NCBI GenBank assembly: GCA_027923505.1
Contig: BROI01000034.1
Span: forward strand, 1-64,000
DNA: 64,000 nt
Direction of reading: 5' to 3'
DNA from: Mayamaea pseudoterrestris
Lineage: Eukaryota
Shown here: positions 25,244-36,648 of the stretch, piece after piece
How positions within the stretch are numbered: the first letter of the stretch is position 1
Layout: every line of letters begins with the position of its first letter
Made by a program: the position numbers and the translations under genes
Notes under the pieces: model-generated
Told to the model about the DNA's origin: nothing
The model's input: only the letters and a program-made list of their open reading frames with translations
Database searches by the model: none

Positions 25244-25999
25244 TTACTTTGCGTAGTCTACAATAAATGCTGCCAAATCCTTGACAGTAGCTTCATAGGC
25301 TGCCATTGCCTTTCTTACATCCTTTCGTTCAATGGCGGCAGAAATTGCGTACAAATCCTTCTTGACCACTTGGACTTGCTTCTCACAAGCAGCAGTCTTT
25401 TCAGTGCCAACCAGTTTCTGCACCTGATTCATGGTCCGTACAAGTTCGCCGAGTGGGCCTGTCAAGACACCAGTCACTTGTGTCCATTTTTTCGTTTCGA
25501 TCAGTTTCGGCAATTGGTCCTTCAAGACTCCATACATGCTTTCAATACGCTTGATCAGCAGCTGATAGTCGGCACCCTTGTACAGTAATGATTCCTGATC
25601 TGCCATGTACACTAAACATTCTCGATTCCCGAGTGACTCGACCAAACATTGCTTGCTGTTTCGATCATTCAAACCTTGCAAGGGATCCGGAAAGGCAAGG
25701 CGGGCTTCATCTCCCGTGGCAGCATGCGCCGCGTATGGAGTCGTTGTGGATGCCCATATTGCTCCAAGCATGGCAAAGGCCGCTTCTCGGCGATCCAATA
25801 TTATATTCAATGGGTTGTTTTCGTCTTCGATCGTCTGACATGGATCACAGGTTCGTCGTTTTCGGCTCCGACTGTTTGGAACTCTTAACGCATGCCTCTC
25901 TGATACTCGAAGGCCATGTCTCCTTGGATTTTGTGTCTTTGAATTGAACGCCAACGCAATGGACAAGCCGTACAGCAAGAGACAAAGGACGGCCCTCAT
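25244..25999 (-). CDS. Plastid thylakoid-lumen-type protein (bipartite + twin-arginine presequence, helical PsbQ-like C-domain)
   Basis: Signal peptide ending ALA-F, basic transit region, RREAAFAMLG...AHA Tat-like motif, and amphipathic helices. Confidence 0.7.
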   Translation of the reverse strand: MRAVLCLLLYGLSIALAFNSKTQNPRRHGLRVSERHALRVPNSRSRKRRTCDPCQTIEDENNPLNIILDRREAAFAMLGAIWASTTTPYAAHAATGDEARLAFPDPLQGLNDRNSKQCLVESLGNRECLVYMADQESLLYKGADYQLLIKRIESMYGVLKDQLPKLIETKKWTQVTGVLTGPLGELVRTMNQVQKLVGTEKTAACEKQVQVVKKDLYAISAAIERKDVRKAMAAYEATVKDLAAFIVDYAK

Positions 26000-26184
26000 C
26001 GTTCATGGTCGTTTCGCAAGAGGATTGCCGAAACTGGTTAGTACCGGTATGACGCAAGTGTGACGCAAGCAGGATCTGCCGCCATCCACACGACGGAACG
26101 AAATTCCATGTCACAACTTCGGCACCTCTTTCTTGATCGCCGCTTGCTACTTCAAATTTTTTGGCTTGCTTTATACATTTGAAT

Positions 26185-26985
26185 ATGCGTCGCTCAAGGT
26201 GTTCCAAATCTATTCATCTCGTGGCGGGACTACTTTATCTATTCGGATGGACACAGACGGCATGCGCATTTTCACTCGTTCCACTGCGGCAAATATTCAC
26301 ATCATCTCGACTGTTTGCCATTGCAAACTCGCCTCAAGAATTCAACGAATTCTCTCGCAAAATATCTACCGAAAAGATATTAGGAGGTAAACAGAACCGA
26401 CGAACCAGCGTTCGAGACTTTCACGTAGACTTGGAAGCATCGGCCGACGAGTGCGAGGCACTGGCCAAGCGTTTCCAGCTCCAGGCGGTGGCAACGCTCG
26501 CCGCTTCATTGTCCCTCCGACCCGCCTTTACGGGCGACCAAGACATTCACGTGGAAGGATCCATGCAAGCGTCCGTGACACAAACTTGTGTTCGAACGAA
26601 TGATTCCTTTCAAGTCAATGTGGAGTTTCCGATCGACATGACGGTTCGACCTGTGCTTCCAGAGCAAACCCTGTTTCCGGAAGTGGAGAAAGTGCCGTCA
26701 AAGAACACAAGCAAGTCGCCAAAGATGAAACGAAACAAGAAGCAGTCGCAGCGGACCGCTAGCAGTAGCAAGGGCATCAACGACATTGACTTGTTTGAGC
26801 TGCAGCGACTCGTAAACTCGGATATCATGCAGAATGATGACCATGTCATGGAGGACGAAGCTATACTTACTGTCGGAGGCATGCTGGACGTAGGCGAACT
26901 AGTCTCGCAACTGTTTTGGTTATCGCTTGACCCATATCCGAGAAAGCCAGGGAGTGAATGGACGCAAACAAGTATAACTGGATGA
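26185..26985 (+). CDS. YceD/DUF177 family protein, probably plastid-targeted
   Basis: ECEALAKRF, VTQTCVRT and LDVGELVSQLFWLSLDPYPRKPG motifs. Presequence contains ACA-F. Confidence 0.85.
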   Translation: MRRSRCSKSIHLVAGLLYLFGWTQTACAFSLVPLRQIFTSSRLFAIANSPQEFNEFSRKISTEKILGGKQNRRTSVRDFHVDLEASADECEALAKRFQLQAVATLAASLSLRPAFTGDQDIHVEGSMQASVTQTCVRTNDSFQVNVEFPIDMTVRPVLPEQTLFPEVEKVPSKNTSKSPKMKRNKKQSQRTASSSKGINDIDLFELQRLVNSDIMQNDDHVMEDEAILTVGGMLDVGELVSQLFWLSLDPYPRKPGSEWTQTSITG

Positions 26986-27516
26986 TGTGATTAAGGTGAT
27001 GGTAGTAGCGCGGCGTGAGGCACAACGATGCCGAAGACTCATGCCAATCCAGTACGTGCGTGAGCAAGTTTGTTGGATGCCAACGACGTCAAGTTTTTAT
27101 TTGCTTACCGTAAATTTTTTTACCTTAATATAATTCTTCTTTAAACGCAGCTCTACTCGTTCGTCGTCGCGGATGCTGCAACGAATGCATTCACAACCAG
27201 CTTCACCGATCAAGATCAATTATCGACTTCAAATAAATAAAACAGTCCATGCATCCGCATCGGCGCGCAAGAGTCAGTTTTGTGGCTGCGCGCGCTTTAT
27301 AGCGCATCCTAAGCGGTCATCAGCTCTCCACAAGAGGTGCGCTACTTAAAGCAAACAAAGGACTGCGAGCGTGGACCGACACTGGACCAACGGAGAACTC
27401 ACGCTGCATTGAGCGTCGTCAACACCATCATCGGGCAGGCGCGAACGCTTGAGCAACAATGGCGAGTTAAACAGAAGATCAAGCAAAGCTTTGCACGAAG
27501 GATGGCCATCGCCGTC

Positions 27517-30500
27517 ATGCAGGAGAAAACGTCTCGCATGCATGCCGTAATTGCAGCGTTGATCATACTCTTGGCACTCGGCACGATCGCTCATGCATGG
27601 AGCGGCAATGGAAATCGACTTCATTTGCGCCAACGTTCACTTGCGCAACAACATTTGGATGATTCAACTCCAGCAATTAAAGTCGATAACGTCGAGTCTT
27701 ATCGTCGCAACCTGCAGACGGATGATGTCCCAATGAATGTCTCGATCTATCTGGGGCTCTATTACCTTAATGAGACGATTGCCGATATGCTAGATCCTCA
27801 ATATGAGCCGCTGAATGATGTCGCTGCCCATTTTTGTTGGGCGGTCAGTCAACAGGTACGACGATAGAAGCTGTGGCTTGGGATCTTCTCGTCAATTTAT
27901 GCTCGCTTTCTTACCTTGCGAGATCTTTTCTTGTCAATCTCAGGCAAACGGATCTCAGGTGCAGTCGGCTCTCTCCGGGACGGGCACGACCATCAAAACG
28001 CAGATTGCAAACAACAGTCTTGGGTGTAGTATTCTTGAGACGACACAGGTCATTGACAGCGCAGGCGAGACGTTATTTGGAACTGGTTACTTTCTCGTTC
28101 TCCAGCTGCAAGTGCAGCAACTTGTTTATCTTTCAAATGGGTCATTCCTGAGCCAAACTGAAGTGGAACAGATCGTCCTTTTAGGATTCATGCGCGGGAC
28201 AGGTGGACGAATGGCTTTTCGATCATTGCTCCGCGAGAACCCAAGCTTCTCCTCCATTGTCAATGTCGAAGCGTTCCCCGTCACCCCAACAGCAACTCCT
28301 AGTCCTCAACCGTCGAGTACCCAATCGGACAGGCCATCCATAGTGCCATCGCTATCACCGCCGATACGTTGGCCCAGCAAATCACCAACAGTCGGGTCAT
28401 CACTTGGAGCCACCCTTGCACCAACTACTGATAATAAAAATATCACAGGTTCAAGTTCTGAATCGGTCATATATGGATCGGTGCTTGGAAGTCTGGGCAT
28501 CCTATTGCTTCTCAGCCTGTGTCTCCTCTGCACGTGGTTTCCTATTTGTTCATGCTCCAGTTCCAGCGCAATTGACAATCTCATTACCAACGCCAGCTCA
28601 AGCAGTGTTCAAATCTTTAGCATGGAGGATGACGCCAGCGAAGGAGTAGTTGCTGCCCACCTTTCTGGTGTAAGCCATTCCAGATCGAGCCCTGCACCTA
28701 TCCAGCAGAATAGGGGACAGTCTGATGGAAGAATAGTGGATATCGGTGTCGCAAGTAGCTTTGACGAAATATCTGTGTATACTGCGGAAACTGATTCGGA
28801 TGCTACGGGAACTAAGCTGCAAGGTGCACACCTCTCGGGTGCAGCGGCGATGCATAGTGCGGTGGCGACTGAACCAATTGCAAATCCTGGCGAAAATATT
28901 GACGTGGGTGATCAAGCTCATAGTAACCTGCAAATTGGCAACAACGAGGCTGATCTAACTGAGAATAATGGCAGTGCGTTTGTTACCGCGGGAGCGTGTG
29001 TCAGTGTCGCTATCCATTCCTCGCCAAGTGCCGCTAATTCGAAGGAGTTTGATCCTTTTCTCGATGATGAAGCTTTCCCCGAATCGGCTGCCTCCTCCTA
29101 TGTCAAATTTGGGGCTCCTACATTTAGCTTTGATGACGATCTTGATGAAATAGAACCTCGGTCTGGAACGCATCTGTCCGAGGAGCGATCACAACCTTCA
29201 GCATCATCCAGCCAAACGCCAAGAATTCATAATACGGCGGCGGCCCGGCGGCACGACACCCTTTTGCACGAAGAAAAGCATGACAACGACGACGAAGAGT
29301 CCGAACAACACAGTGATGACGACCCATTCGCACCTTGGAATACTGAAGTTAGCTCTGTAGATGGAGCAACAACAACTTTTAGCACCATGTCTGACAACAG
29401 CTTGCTTCGTTCGATCTTGAAAGATGCTGAACGACTTGGTCAACACACAAATGCTTCTAGTACTAGCCCGCAAGGCAGTTGGAAGGCTTTGGTGAATGAA
29501 AAGCAAATGCGCGACAGTCTGGAATTCGGAGAAAGTAAGACACAGTCAGTATCGAGTTTCAACATCGAGTTTCTCCCTGCAGAAGAACATCCGTCAGTTG
29601 AACGTGCGTCCTACGAGCATTCTCGTCATGTGAAAGCAGGCGCATCGATGGTCATATCAGCTCTATCAAATGACCGACTGGACTCCGAGAAACTTGACGT
29701 AATCACATCTGTTCATAAGTTGCCAAAAGACGTATTCACGACATCAGATCGGTTGTTCTCTGAGAAGAAAGTTGATACAAGCGTCGGAATGGGACGAGAA
29801 TATGATCATACCAGCATCATTGGAGAAGGGCGGCACAGTAGCTTAACCAACTTCGTTGTCAGAGTAGAAAAGTCAGCCCCATCTGAGTCTGCGACGTCGT
29901 CTCCGTTCGTTTTGGGCATTCGAGCTCGAAAGGGATTAGTTGAACCTTCGGATGACTCATCTGTAACATCACAAGACACCGGAAATCCTTGGTTGTTTGA
30001 CACCATTGAACAAACGCTTGGTCCTCGTTCCTTGACAGCGGACCTGGAGTCTATCAGTGGTCGATCTTCACGGTCTGGCAGATCACATAGTTCTCGCCAG
30101 TTGGTGTTAAATGTATCTGAATCGTCATCAAACCGGGCAACGATTGGAGAATCAGCTACATCTGGCGAGAGCCAAGCTGTCGTTGACGATCATTACGTGC
30201 CTCGCATCTTGGATTGTGATCTCAAGCGACTTGATGAAGACGGGAACGGAAACTACCAGTATCCAGATCCGGAGCAGTCCTCGTCCATCACCGTGTCTAG
30301 CACCAGTGCAAGTCAGCCACCTCCCGTTCCCCCGATTCACTTGCTACCTCGAACTTCTCATTCTCGTTTTAAAGAATTGATTGCGCCTCCTGGCAAGCTG
30401 GGAGTAGTTCTTGCCGACCATCGTGACGGGAAAGGTGCAGTTGTTGCTGAAGTTCGACGTCAGAGTGCATTGTCGGGCAAACTGCGACGCGGAGATCAAA

Positions 30501-30735
30501 TCAGTGAGTTTGCATGTTGATGGTGCAATGCGCTGATGCCAGAAAATTTGACTTACTCATTATATGCTGCTTCCTTACAGTCGAGATTGACGGACGCAAC
30601 GTGGCAAAGCTGACGGTTCGCCAGATAACCGAGCTCATGGCTTCTCGGGTAAGCTATACGCGCCGCCTCATCATCACATCGTCCATGTCGCTCCCACCAA
30701 ATGTCGAGGAGGAGGAAACATTTGAATATGATTGA
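27517..30735 (+). CDS. Type I membrane protein with C-terminal PDZ domain; 3 exons (introns 27856-27943, 30504-30580)
   Basis: Signal peptide plus RXL motifs, P/S/T stalk, TM VIYGSVLGSLGILLLLSLCLLC, long S/D-rich tail, and PDZ APPGKLGVV...GDQI/IEIDG. Both GT-AG introns preserve frame. Start could be 27502, 27517 or 27538. Confidence 0.85.
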
Positions 30736-30962
30736 CATGGATAAGTTGCCATAGTGTATTAACAACGTATAAAAGCTTGTTTGCGAAAGCAACTACAGAA
30801 AAACACTCTAATGTACTACGTGAATTACACCAAGCCAGCGATCATGTACTATGTAAGCGTATGTTTAGCAATCCCAGTAGACTACAATTAATTCCATATC
30901 GACTGGCAAAGTGCGCCGTGGATAGCAACAAGTCAGCCTTCCACCAACCGTTTCAAGCTTCA

Positions 30963-32453
30963 TCATCGTCCACCTCGACCAGACCGTCCGCCACCGCCAC
31001 GATGCTGACGTCCACCTGGGCCACCACCACCACCTCGACCTCCTGGACCAAATTTACGAACACGCTCACTTGATTTTTGGAAAATGTCGAGAGTCTTTCC
31101 ATGCAACTTGAACGCCTCCTGCTTGTGCTGCTCCACAATCGCCACGACTGGAGCCGCCGCATTGAAATCCAAGAATGCGATACCCTTGTTCGCCGCAACA
31201 GTGATACTGACAATCGCAGTGTCTGTATCTTTGGCGAATGTTTCGAACATGTTGACAACGTCTGGTTCGTTCGTCTTGGAAGCAATGTTCTTGACAACAA
31301 GCGTAAAGTCGGGGTCCCGCTTACTAATGGGCGTATGCACCGGCTTGACCGAAGCAGGCGTCTTCCCCTTTGACGCAATCGGAGATGGTGCTGTGCTTGC
31401 TGCGGTGGCCGTTGACGCAGGCATCTGTTCGGAATTACTTGCCTTGTTGTTCGCGGCAGGAGACGCTGAGGATGCCGCGGGAACCTTGCGCGATGGTGTC
31501 GACGGAGCAGGCGGTTTTGCCGCCAAACTTGCCCACGAACTCAGCTTTGACGTCGACTTACTGATTTCTGCAGCGTCATCGGTAGCTGCTGCGCCAAAAT
31601 TTTCCTCCTTTGCCTGCTCGGTACCCACCATTTCCTGCACCTCGGTCTCCTCCGTTTCAGCGGGAAGCGTCTCATTTTCCTCTAAATCAGCCACGGGCGA
31701 CACTTCGCCGTCGTCCTCATCCAAAACAATCTCCTTCGTCTCCTCGACGCCTCCCCCGGGAGAAACGTCTCCTTCCGCAGCGCTAATAGTCGTTCCGTTG
31801 CTAACATCCTTCTCGGCAGCGTCAACTTCATCAACATGGTTGTCCTCCATCGACTCATGATGTGAAATAGTACTCGTCGTCGTTAGTTTCTCGTCCAAGA
31901 ACCTTAAAATGTCATTTTGCACGTAGAAGCTTCGTTTTCCTTGACTGGTGGAAATGGGATTGAGAACAAAGGTGTGACAAAAGGCTTGACACCGTTCCAC
32001 CTCGTCGTCGTCATCGTCATTTCCGTGTTCATCCTCTTCACTAGTTTTGGTAGTGTAAATCACTTGTCCAGTGACAACTACAAGAATCCCGCTATTACCC
32101 GTCACTTGCGCATCAATCGCGCCATGGCAGAACTCGAATCGCCGCAGTCCAACGCTCGCCGGAAATCGGTCCGCCGCCGCCTCGGCCGTCTTGGCGCCGC
32201 TCGCTTCCGATGGATTGCTCGACGTTCCAGTCGACTGCAAGCTGGATGGCTGGTAAAACTTGACAATTTGCTCGGGTGTGTCGCTCGTCAAAACTTGGTA
32301 GTACTGCTTGACAAAGCGAGTGCCAATTACCAATGGGGATGGACCGCCGTCACTGCTAGATGATGCCGAGGGAGGAGGAGGAGTTTCGCCGCTAGCTTCG
32401 CGAGGACTCGAATTGGAGGACCGAGGAGCGCTGTAGCTGCTGCTGGCAGACAT
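30963..32453 (-). CDS. G3BP/Rasputin-like protein (NTF2 + acidic region + RRM + RGG tail)
   Basis: IGTRFVKQYY...FYVQNDILRF NTF2 domain, SWASLA motif, RRM (LVVKNI...KGIAFLDF), and an RGG-rich end. Confidence 0.92.
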   Translation of the reverse strand: MSASSSYSAPRSSNSSPREASGETPPPPSASSSSDGGPSPLVIGTRFVKQYYQVLTSDTPEQIVKFYQPSSLQSTGTSSNPSEASGAKTAEAAADRFPASVGLRRFEFCHGAIDAQVTGNSGILVVVTGQVIYTTKTSEEDEHGNDDDDDEVERCQAFCHTFVLNPISTSQGKRSFYVQNDILRFLDEKLTTTSTISHHESMEDNHVDEVDAAEKDVSNGTTISAAEGDVSPGGGVEETKEIVLDEDDGEVSPVADLEENETLPAETEETEVQEMVGTEQAKEENFGAAATDDAAEISKSTSKLSSWASLAAKPPAPSTPSRKVPAASSASPAANNKASNSEQMPASTATAASTAPSPIASKGKTPASVKPVHTPISKRDPDFTLVVKNIASKTNEPDVVNMFETFAKDTDTAIVSITVAANKGIAFLDFNAAAPVVAIVEQHKQEAFKLHGKTLDIFQKSSERVRKFGPGGRGGGGGPGGRQHRGGGGRSGRGGR

Positions 32454-33161
32454 GACTTTCGTAATCGTATGCTGTTACTGTATTACTGACTGCAGGTATA
32501 TTGGATAGTAGCACTAACAGAGGCGCGCGTCCGTACGTGTACTCGGCGTGCGCTGCTGTCAATCCAATCAGATGATTGCTGCAAAAAGTCCAATACCCAA
32601 GTCCTTGCTTTTGTAATAACAAAATACTCGATAGGTCCAGCCTCCAGACGCCTCGTAGCTTGGATCCTATTGTATCAAACGAGGGCGACCTTGGGCGCTG
32701 CAACCTCTCGCTGCACCCATGGACCGTGCTTCGTCGTGTCATGTGGACCACAGAAAAGAATTCACGGAATCTGGAATCAGGCATTGATCTAAAATGCAAC
32801 TTGATGTCGCAGCATGATCTAAGATACTCTGACACAATTGACAGCCACTTGTTGCGAGACCTGCTCATCGGAGAATCTTTGCGTTTCCTTGATTCACACA
32901 TGCATCAGTGCGGCGAAACTGTGATTGGCCGAATGCGTACTTGTGCGATACGAATCCCCGAAGCCCGATGTCACGCGCGTGCCGCATCGAATTTCGCAGC
33001 CGGGAAGGGGTCGCGAATCTCTCGTTCCGCATTCGAGCCTCCACGAAAGAGTGCCAAGCAAGAGCCAGCCATCAATCAATAGTCATCACATCATACAACT
33101 TTGCCATCCCCTCACAATTTTCACTTCTCGCCATCAAACTGTCATCAACCATCTCATCAGT

Positions 33162-33734
33162 ATGAATCTACAAACAGCATTGTGCGAACAAGACTTGGTG
33201 GCCGTCGGCGCCGACGCAACCATGCGTCTCGGTTCACTTGCCTCGCTCATGTCGGTACACATGGCCCGCATGGAGCGGCGTGAAATCAAGCCATCAACGA
33301 CATACTCGCCTTGCGCTGAGTCAAAGAATGTTTCGTCATCAAAGACCAATATAACGTTGAATAACTCGGTCATTCGACCTTCCAGAGAGATTCGCCGATT
33401 TGTCAACGGCAATGACTCGTCATCATTACCACTCGATCCTCCCGCCGACACGTCAAGATCATGCAGTTACATGCTTGCTGCTTCCATTCTTCCGACGCTG
33501 CCTCATCCGGCATCGCCCGCGTCGGCGGCCAAGCACCTTAGCTACGAGCAGGAGACCTGGCGCTTGTACCATCGCATTCAAACGGCTCGCCGGGAATGGT
33601 CGTCGCATCATACTCATGATGATGGTGTAACGCAAAAGAGTCCAGCGCAAGACGATCTTGGCTGCAGCTCTAGTCATACGAGTCGGTTTGAGGACGACTT
33701 TGGTCAACCAATCATTTTTGATTTGGAGCTGTGA
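33162..33734 (+). CDS. Hypothetical small protein
   Basis: ATG-started 190-aa ORF with YEQETWRLYHRI and C-terminal IFDLEL, resembling a small diatom protein type as recalled, not verified. Confidence 0.65.
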   Translation: MNLQTALCEQDLVAVGADATMRLGSLASLMSVHMARMERREIKPSTTYSPCAESKNVSSSKTNITLNNSVIRPSREIRRFVNGNDSSSLPLDPPADTSRSCSYMLAASILPTLPHPASPASAAKHLSYEQETWRLYHRIQTARREWSSHHTHDDGVTQKSPAQDDLGCSSSHTSRFEDDFGQPIIFDLEL

Positions 33735-34317
33735 GGAGAATGCAACTGTTTGGGAATGGCGCATATTGCTGCCAGATGTCGGTACATCGAGTTTGATATG
33801 GCTTGGATGTCTCATAAAATATTATAGAAGCTATTAAATAAAGTTTAACTTGCAAATACATTGATGAATGTAAACTTAACTTGTGCTGGCATCGTACAAT
33901 ACCTTGAGTAATGCGGCTCAACTTGTACGAATGGTTGAAGCTGCGACTCTTCTCTCGCCTCAATATAAGCATACTTGTATAGCCTCATTTGATAAGGCTT
34001 GTTTGTTTGGTTGGAACATTGCTTTATATAGCAGGTCGTGATAGATGCGCCGCGTATGATACGACGTAGTTAGCAAGGAGATAACCGGTACGATGCGATA
34101 ACCGGTACGACGTCTGATTTCTCACGCCCGCGCATGGCCATGAGGATTCGTCTCGACAAACGCGGCCACTATACGCCCGTTTCTGGTTGCTCAACGGTCT
34201 CAATGTTCTCCCTTTCCTATTTGAATCCAACAAAAAAACAATATTGACGCGGAAAGAAGCAGTAGATCGGGAGTCTTCCACTTTTAACGCTTCCAGCGCC
34301 ACCCGCACACACCCATT

Positions 34318-34866
34318 ATGCCACCATCCGCTGCAGCTAAGAATGCCGCCCCGAAACGACCAATCGCTCCAGGAGATGTCAAATTGCAAGAGGCACTACA
34401 TTTATTACTGAACCGACTCGCTAAAACGATTGACCAAGTCAAGAATTGGCCAGAAGCGACGGGCGACGATGCCAGCATTCACGTAGAAACAACGTCAAAG
34501 CTCATTACAAGTATTCGCGAAATCATTTCGCAAATACAACAAGTCGAAGGCATTGTTCAAGCTGACATGACTGTCCGAAAGTCATTGAACGAATGTCTTG
34601 TACCTTTGGATTTGCTAGACTTGCTCGACACGAGTCTCAACCCTGAATGTTTTTCACGAGGCTTGCTACGCGAGGCGCTTGGACAACTGGCAGGATTGAA
34701 GCGACGGAAACTTGCACTGGCGCTACTTGGAGCAGCAGTCCAATCGGGATTGAACAAGAGACTGCAGGAAGTAGATACGGAGTCGAAGAAACGCAGCAGA
34801 AGCGAGGACGACGATGGGACAGCACTTGAGCCACCAAAAAATGTCAAGCAACGGACAGAGTTGTAG
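34318..34866 (+). CDS. MED10: Mediator subunit Med10/Nut2-like protein
   Basis: VPLDLLDLLD..LNPECFSRGLL resembles Med10 IPxEVxxYIDxGRNPDxYT. Size fits and there is a basic NLS-like tail. Confidence 0.7.
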   Translation: MPPSAAAKNAAPKRPIAPGDVKLQEALHLLLNRLAKTIDQVKNWPEATGDDASIHVETTSKLITSIREIISQIQQVEGIVQADMTVRKSLNECLVPLDLLDLLDTSLNPECFSRGLLREALGQLAGLKRRKLALALLGAAVQSGLNKRLQEVDTESKKRSRSEDDDGTALEPPKNVKQRTEL

Positions 34867-35198
34867 CTTTGATAGCGACAAACTAGATATAAAGGACCAA
34901 TACGGATGTCGTAACATGGCAATGTTATGGGCAACTGGAAAGCTGACGAATGAGCGCTTGTCCGAGTGTTTGGCATATATTATCGATCAAATGATTCGGG
35001 CATCCTCTGCCTCGACGGGCTCTACTTGATCCCAATTGTACTACTAGCTCTATACAAGTAGTATAATGTATGTGAACCTCTTACTAATTGTTACGAAGAT
35101 ACACGAAGATTCCGCTGTCAAAACAATGCCTTCCGCCAACTAGCGAGGCTGATTTAGAGACGTGTCATTCCGATTTCATTTCAATTGAGCAAAAAAGG

Positions 35199-36351
35199 CT
35201 AACGACGACCATTCGAAGAGGACGACTCCGTGCGAAGATCGTCCAAGCGAGCCTGGCTCATGTCGCGTTCCAACTGTCGCTGCATCGTATTGATCTGGCG
35301 ATTTTTCTCGTCAATTACCGCGTGCGATCGCTTGTATACCGTGTAAAAACTTATGTATGAGACCACAATTTATCCTCCACATTTTGCCCAGGCATCCTAT
35401 AAACATACCTGAAGTTGACCAGAGAGCTCGTTGACTTGATGCTTGTAGTATTCCCAGTCTGTCGCCGACGAATTGTCGAAATGCTTCGACAGCGACATGG
35501 ACATGCGCTGGTCGCGCTCCAACTTGATCTTTTCCTGAACGACGCGCGAAAGCTTGGTCTTGATATGAAGATTCTCCTCCTCCAGCAAGATATTCTTGCG
35601 CTTGATCTCTTCCGTTTGATGCAAGGCTTCGTCGAGCTTGCTCGAAATAGTGTTCAGTTCCGCGCGAAGCGAAGCCGCCATGAGAGCGCCGCGGGAGACG
35701 TCTCGAGCTTCCGTTTTGACTACCTCGGCAGCTTGCAACAAATTCTGCGAAAGATGATGTGTAAGTATTTGTCAGCGGACGATTGCCTTGGAACGAGACG
35801 AATTGATATTGCACTGTACGTGAACTACAACGACGAATGCCTCCTTGCACATAGGTTCACGCAATCCAAATGACCGTGCGACTCACCTGCATCGAAGTAC
35901 GGTTGCTCTCTTCGATAGCACGAAGGCGATCAATCTCTAGATTCTTTGCGGCAATCTCTTCCTTCAGAATCTTGCATTCGCGATTCGCATTTTCCCAACG
36001 CTGATACGCATCGAGGCCAGCCTTTATGAGCGACTCGACCTGTCCAGAAAAGACTTCCACCGTCTCGGCCACCGCCTTGCTTTCTGAATTGTCATCCATG
36101 ACATTGGCCCAGATAGCTGCCAGCTTCTCCTTTAAAATGTGATCGGAATCCATCGTACTGTTGTTGCTGGACTTGCGACGCTTTGCTGCAGCAGACCCGT
36201 CATTGGCATTGGTCAATTCGTTTTGATCCGCTGTCAACGGCTTGTCATTGTTCATCTTTGATCCCTCCATAGTAGACGTATATGATGACTCAGGACGAGT
36301 CGTAGTGAAGTGCTCCATTGCAGAGACCGCCGTGGGTGCGTCTTTCGCCAT
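35199..36351 (-). CDS. Coiled-coil protein; 3 exons (introns 35745-35886, 35331-35408)
   Basis: Donors CAG|GTGAGT and CAG|GTATGT, acceptors GCAG and CAAG. Spliced frames read ...TSMQ/NLLQAA...GQLQ/RSHAVIDEKNRQ...GRR*. Confidence 0.75.
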
Positions 36352-36648
36352 TGTGGCAAGGTCGTCCGCGCAAAACGGAATGAAGATCCAAGGCTCGTGT
36401 TAAAAGCGATGCGACACGAGCTACAAACATTGCTTGGGGAGTTAGCGACTACTGTTATGATGCACGTACTTGTTATTGACAAGAGTTAGATACAAAGTGT
36501 GATCAAAAAGACAACGTCACTTGGTATAAACGTTCTGATGTTATGATGCTTACGTGTTTGAAGCGAAGGCTAAGAACAGGTAGTTTCCATTGGGCCATGC
36601 GTGTCGAGCAACAGCAGAGTAAGATCAGCGAACCATCACGAGCCATGT

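Noticed and set aside
31084..31860. 258-aa plus-strand ORF and similar antisense ORFs (23715-24299, 36866-37435)
   Set aside because: Shadows of well-supported genes on the opposite strand.
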